Assembly: GCA_044892525.1 (NCBI GenBank)
Contig: JBJFYX010000150.1
Location: 62,001-126,000 of the forward strand
Direction of reading: 5' to 3'
Length of the DNA stretch: 64,000 nt
Source: Schmidtea polychroa
Taxonomy: Eukaryota
Below the pieces are notes generated by a model that was not told where the DNA came from, made no database searches, and worked only from the letters and a program-made list of their open reading frames with translations. The translations under genes and the position numbers were made by a program. This document shows, in pieces, positions 62,115 through 64,000 of the stretch. Every line of letters starts with the position of its first letter. The stretch's first letter is position 1.

Positions 62115-63407
62115 CACCTAAATCCGAAATATAAAAGTCTCTATAATGCACGTTGGTGTGTTCATCAGTGGATGACTCACCATTTATGAGAATGTGAAGT
62201 TATTTACTTCATTTCATTTATTCAATTTTATAAGTAAGATTTTTTAATTTAAGTAACTTTTAAGGTTTGAATTTTGATTTTATATAATTATGAGATCATT
62301 ATTCAAGTTCTGAAATATTACTTGTAGTCAACATTTTGATTATAAATTATTTTTAATTAATTTTCAGGGGTTTTTTTTAAGGATTTTTATGACATTTTAT
62401 GAATTTATTTGGAATTATTTCGATAAAATGTAAGTTAGATATATTTTTAACTATAAATAAATAAAGAAATCATCAAACACATTAATTTATTTATACATTT
62501 AAGAAAGAAGCGGCGTAATTTTTAAAGTTTTTGTAATCTTCTTTCTCCAGCTCATTGATATAGTGAATTTTGTCATTTTATGTAATTCTATGAAGTTATT
62601 ATTTTTTATACAAGTTATTAAAATTTACGATTTTCGAATTTTTTTCTGCAAATGTCGATGGACCTTGTTGAATATTAGAAATAATACCTTCACACAAAAT
62701 ATTTTAAAATATTTTAATTATTTGTAATTAAATGAAAAATTCTTACATTGTCAATTTTTCACCTTCGCAAAAGGTAGCGTTTCCAGTGAAATATCTAAAA
62801 ATCTAAAGAAATAGTTACTTCAAATATATTTTATAAATAGATCTTACGATCTTTTATCCTCCTTTACTCAAAAACTCAAAGTAGAGTTGTCCGATTGAAA
62901 ATCCAAAATTTTTCCCCAACGAATTTTAACATATTAAAAATAATGATATGTTAACAATATGTTAATTACCGTATATACTCGTTTATAAGTCGAGAAATTT
63001 ACTTCAAATTTTCAAGTCAAAATAGCCACTTCGACTTATACTCGAGTCAAAAAACGTACAAATTAATTTTAAATGAAATCATTAAATCTTTTTTTTATTT
63101 TTGTTACTTCGACTTAAACGCGGGTTTCCAATTTAGGACTTAAAAACCTCTTAAAATTTACTCGACTTATATGCGATACTTTTAACTTTACGGTACTTTT
63201 AACTTTCGGAATAAAATACTATTTTATATTATGTGTGCTGTGTTTCTATGTAAAATTATTTTTCTGTCACTTTCTCAATTCCTATAATAACACTTTTAAC
63301 TTTCGGAACATTAAATTTTTGCACACAGGTAAGTTTGTGTGTTTCTATATTATAATTTTATCGATTTTCTTTAGATTATAGAAACTTTTATATTTCCGAT
63401 TTAGGTG
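62115..63407. mobile_element. TA-flanked TIR element (1293 bp)
   Basis: ~35-bp TIR CACCTAAATC(C/G)GAAATATAAAAGT(C/T)TCTATAAT; TA at 62113-62114 and 63408-63409. Confidence 0.85.
62969..63193. mobile_element. Nested Tc2/pogo-like MITE
   Basis: Starts TA|CCGTATATACTCG..TATAAGTCGAG, ends CTCGACTTATATGCG..ACGG|TA; absent from the homologous copy near 31190. Confidence 0.7.
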
Positions 63408-63512
63408 TAGAGGCTATGTTTTGATTATGTTTGTACTTCATGAATCATTGATTAAATTTGTCACTATATCACAGATTAAATACATATTTATTTTTTTAGT
63501 ACGGCTTATCAA

Positions 63513-64000
63513 ATGAGCAAAATATACAAAGATTGTTGGCAATATTTTAAGAAATCTAGCACCAATAAAGAATTGGCAGTTTGCACTTTATGTTCAAAAA
63601 ATCTCATGTGCAAAGGTTCGGCGACGATTGGTCTTCACCGACATCTCGAAGCTATCCACCAATATATAAGAGAGGAAGAGACAACCGAAAACAGCTCCGC
63701 ACCAAAGAAAAGGAGATACTTCGAGGAAACAGAAGGAAGTGGAAATATTTCAAAGTTTCTAGTAAAGCAGACAATGGCGGAAAAGGTGTCAAAACTGGCA
63801 GCAGTAAATAGATTTTCATTTAATGCCATCAGCAAAAGTGAATTTACCCGGAAAAGTTTTGCCAATATAGGCTTTAGACTACCGCTAAACCCAACAGATA
63901 TTATGAAATTAATGATGGAATTTTTTAAAAATAAAAAAGAAGAATTTATTAAGAATATACAAAGTTTAAAATTAAAAGAGAAAAAATTTAGCGTATCCAT
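63513..64000 (+). CDS. hAT transposase N-terminus with BED zinc finger (open at window end; missing from the ORF track)
   Basis: MSKIYKDCWQYFKK..AVCTLCSKNLMCKG..GLHRHLEAIH..KLAAVNRFSFNAI..KFSVS; 162 codons without a stop. Confidence 0.88.
   Translation, partial: MSKIYKDCWQYFKKSSTNKELAVCTLCSKNLMCKGSATIGLHRHLEAIHQYIREEETTENSSAPKKRRYFEETEGSGNISKFLVKQTMAEKVSKLAAVNRFSFNAISKSEFTRKSFANIGFRLPLNPTDIMKLMMEFFKNKKEEFIKNIQSLKLKEKKFSVS

Noticed and set aside
63581-64000. Track ORFs 63581-63811 (+) and 63635-64000 (-)
   Set aside because: Shadows of the real BED-hAT frame starting at 63513

Overview
A very AT-rich eukaryotic scaffold window with seven short N gaps. The (AAT)n/(TA)n microsatellites, transposon spectrum and TRAF fragment suggest a triclad flatworm or similar invertebrate, but this is inference only. 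No prokaryotic features, rRNA, tRNA or CRISPR array were found. The window is mostly transposon-derived: two head-to-tail Ty3/Gypsy LTR elements (1-6632), solo LTRs, several hAT elements (one full-length with TIRs and an 8-bp TSD), TA-flanked MITEs, Helitron-like 3' ends, an RLE-type non-LTR fragment, a MULE/TRAF chimera, an actin pseudogene and an intronless RING-finger ORF. Most notable: (i) an unclassified ~3.5-4.4 kb dispersed element present twice (21407-25802 + and 58462-61972 -), with an orphan ORF apparently under coding constraint, conserved GC-rich hairpins and shared termini; (ii) LTR ends flanked by outward-pointing, inverted (ATA)n tracts; (iii) a TRAF MATH segment in frame inside a MULE transposase frame; (iv) a dense AP-1 / TCAAGGTCA / CTTTGTT site cluster. 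All protein assignments are motif recognition by eye, not database hits.
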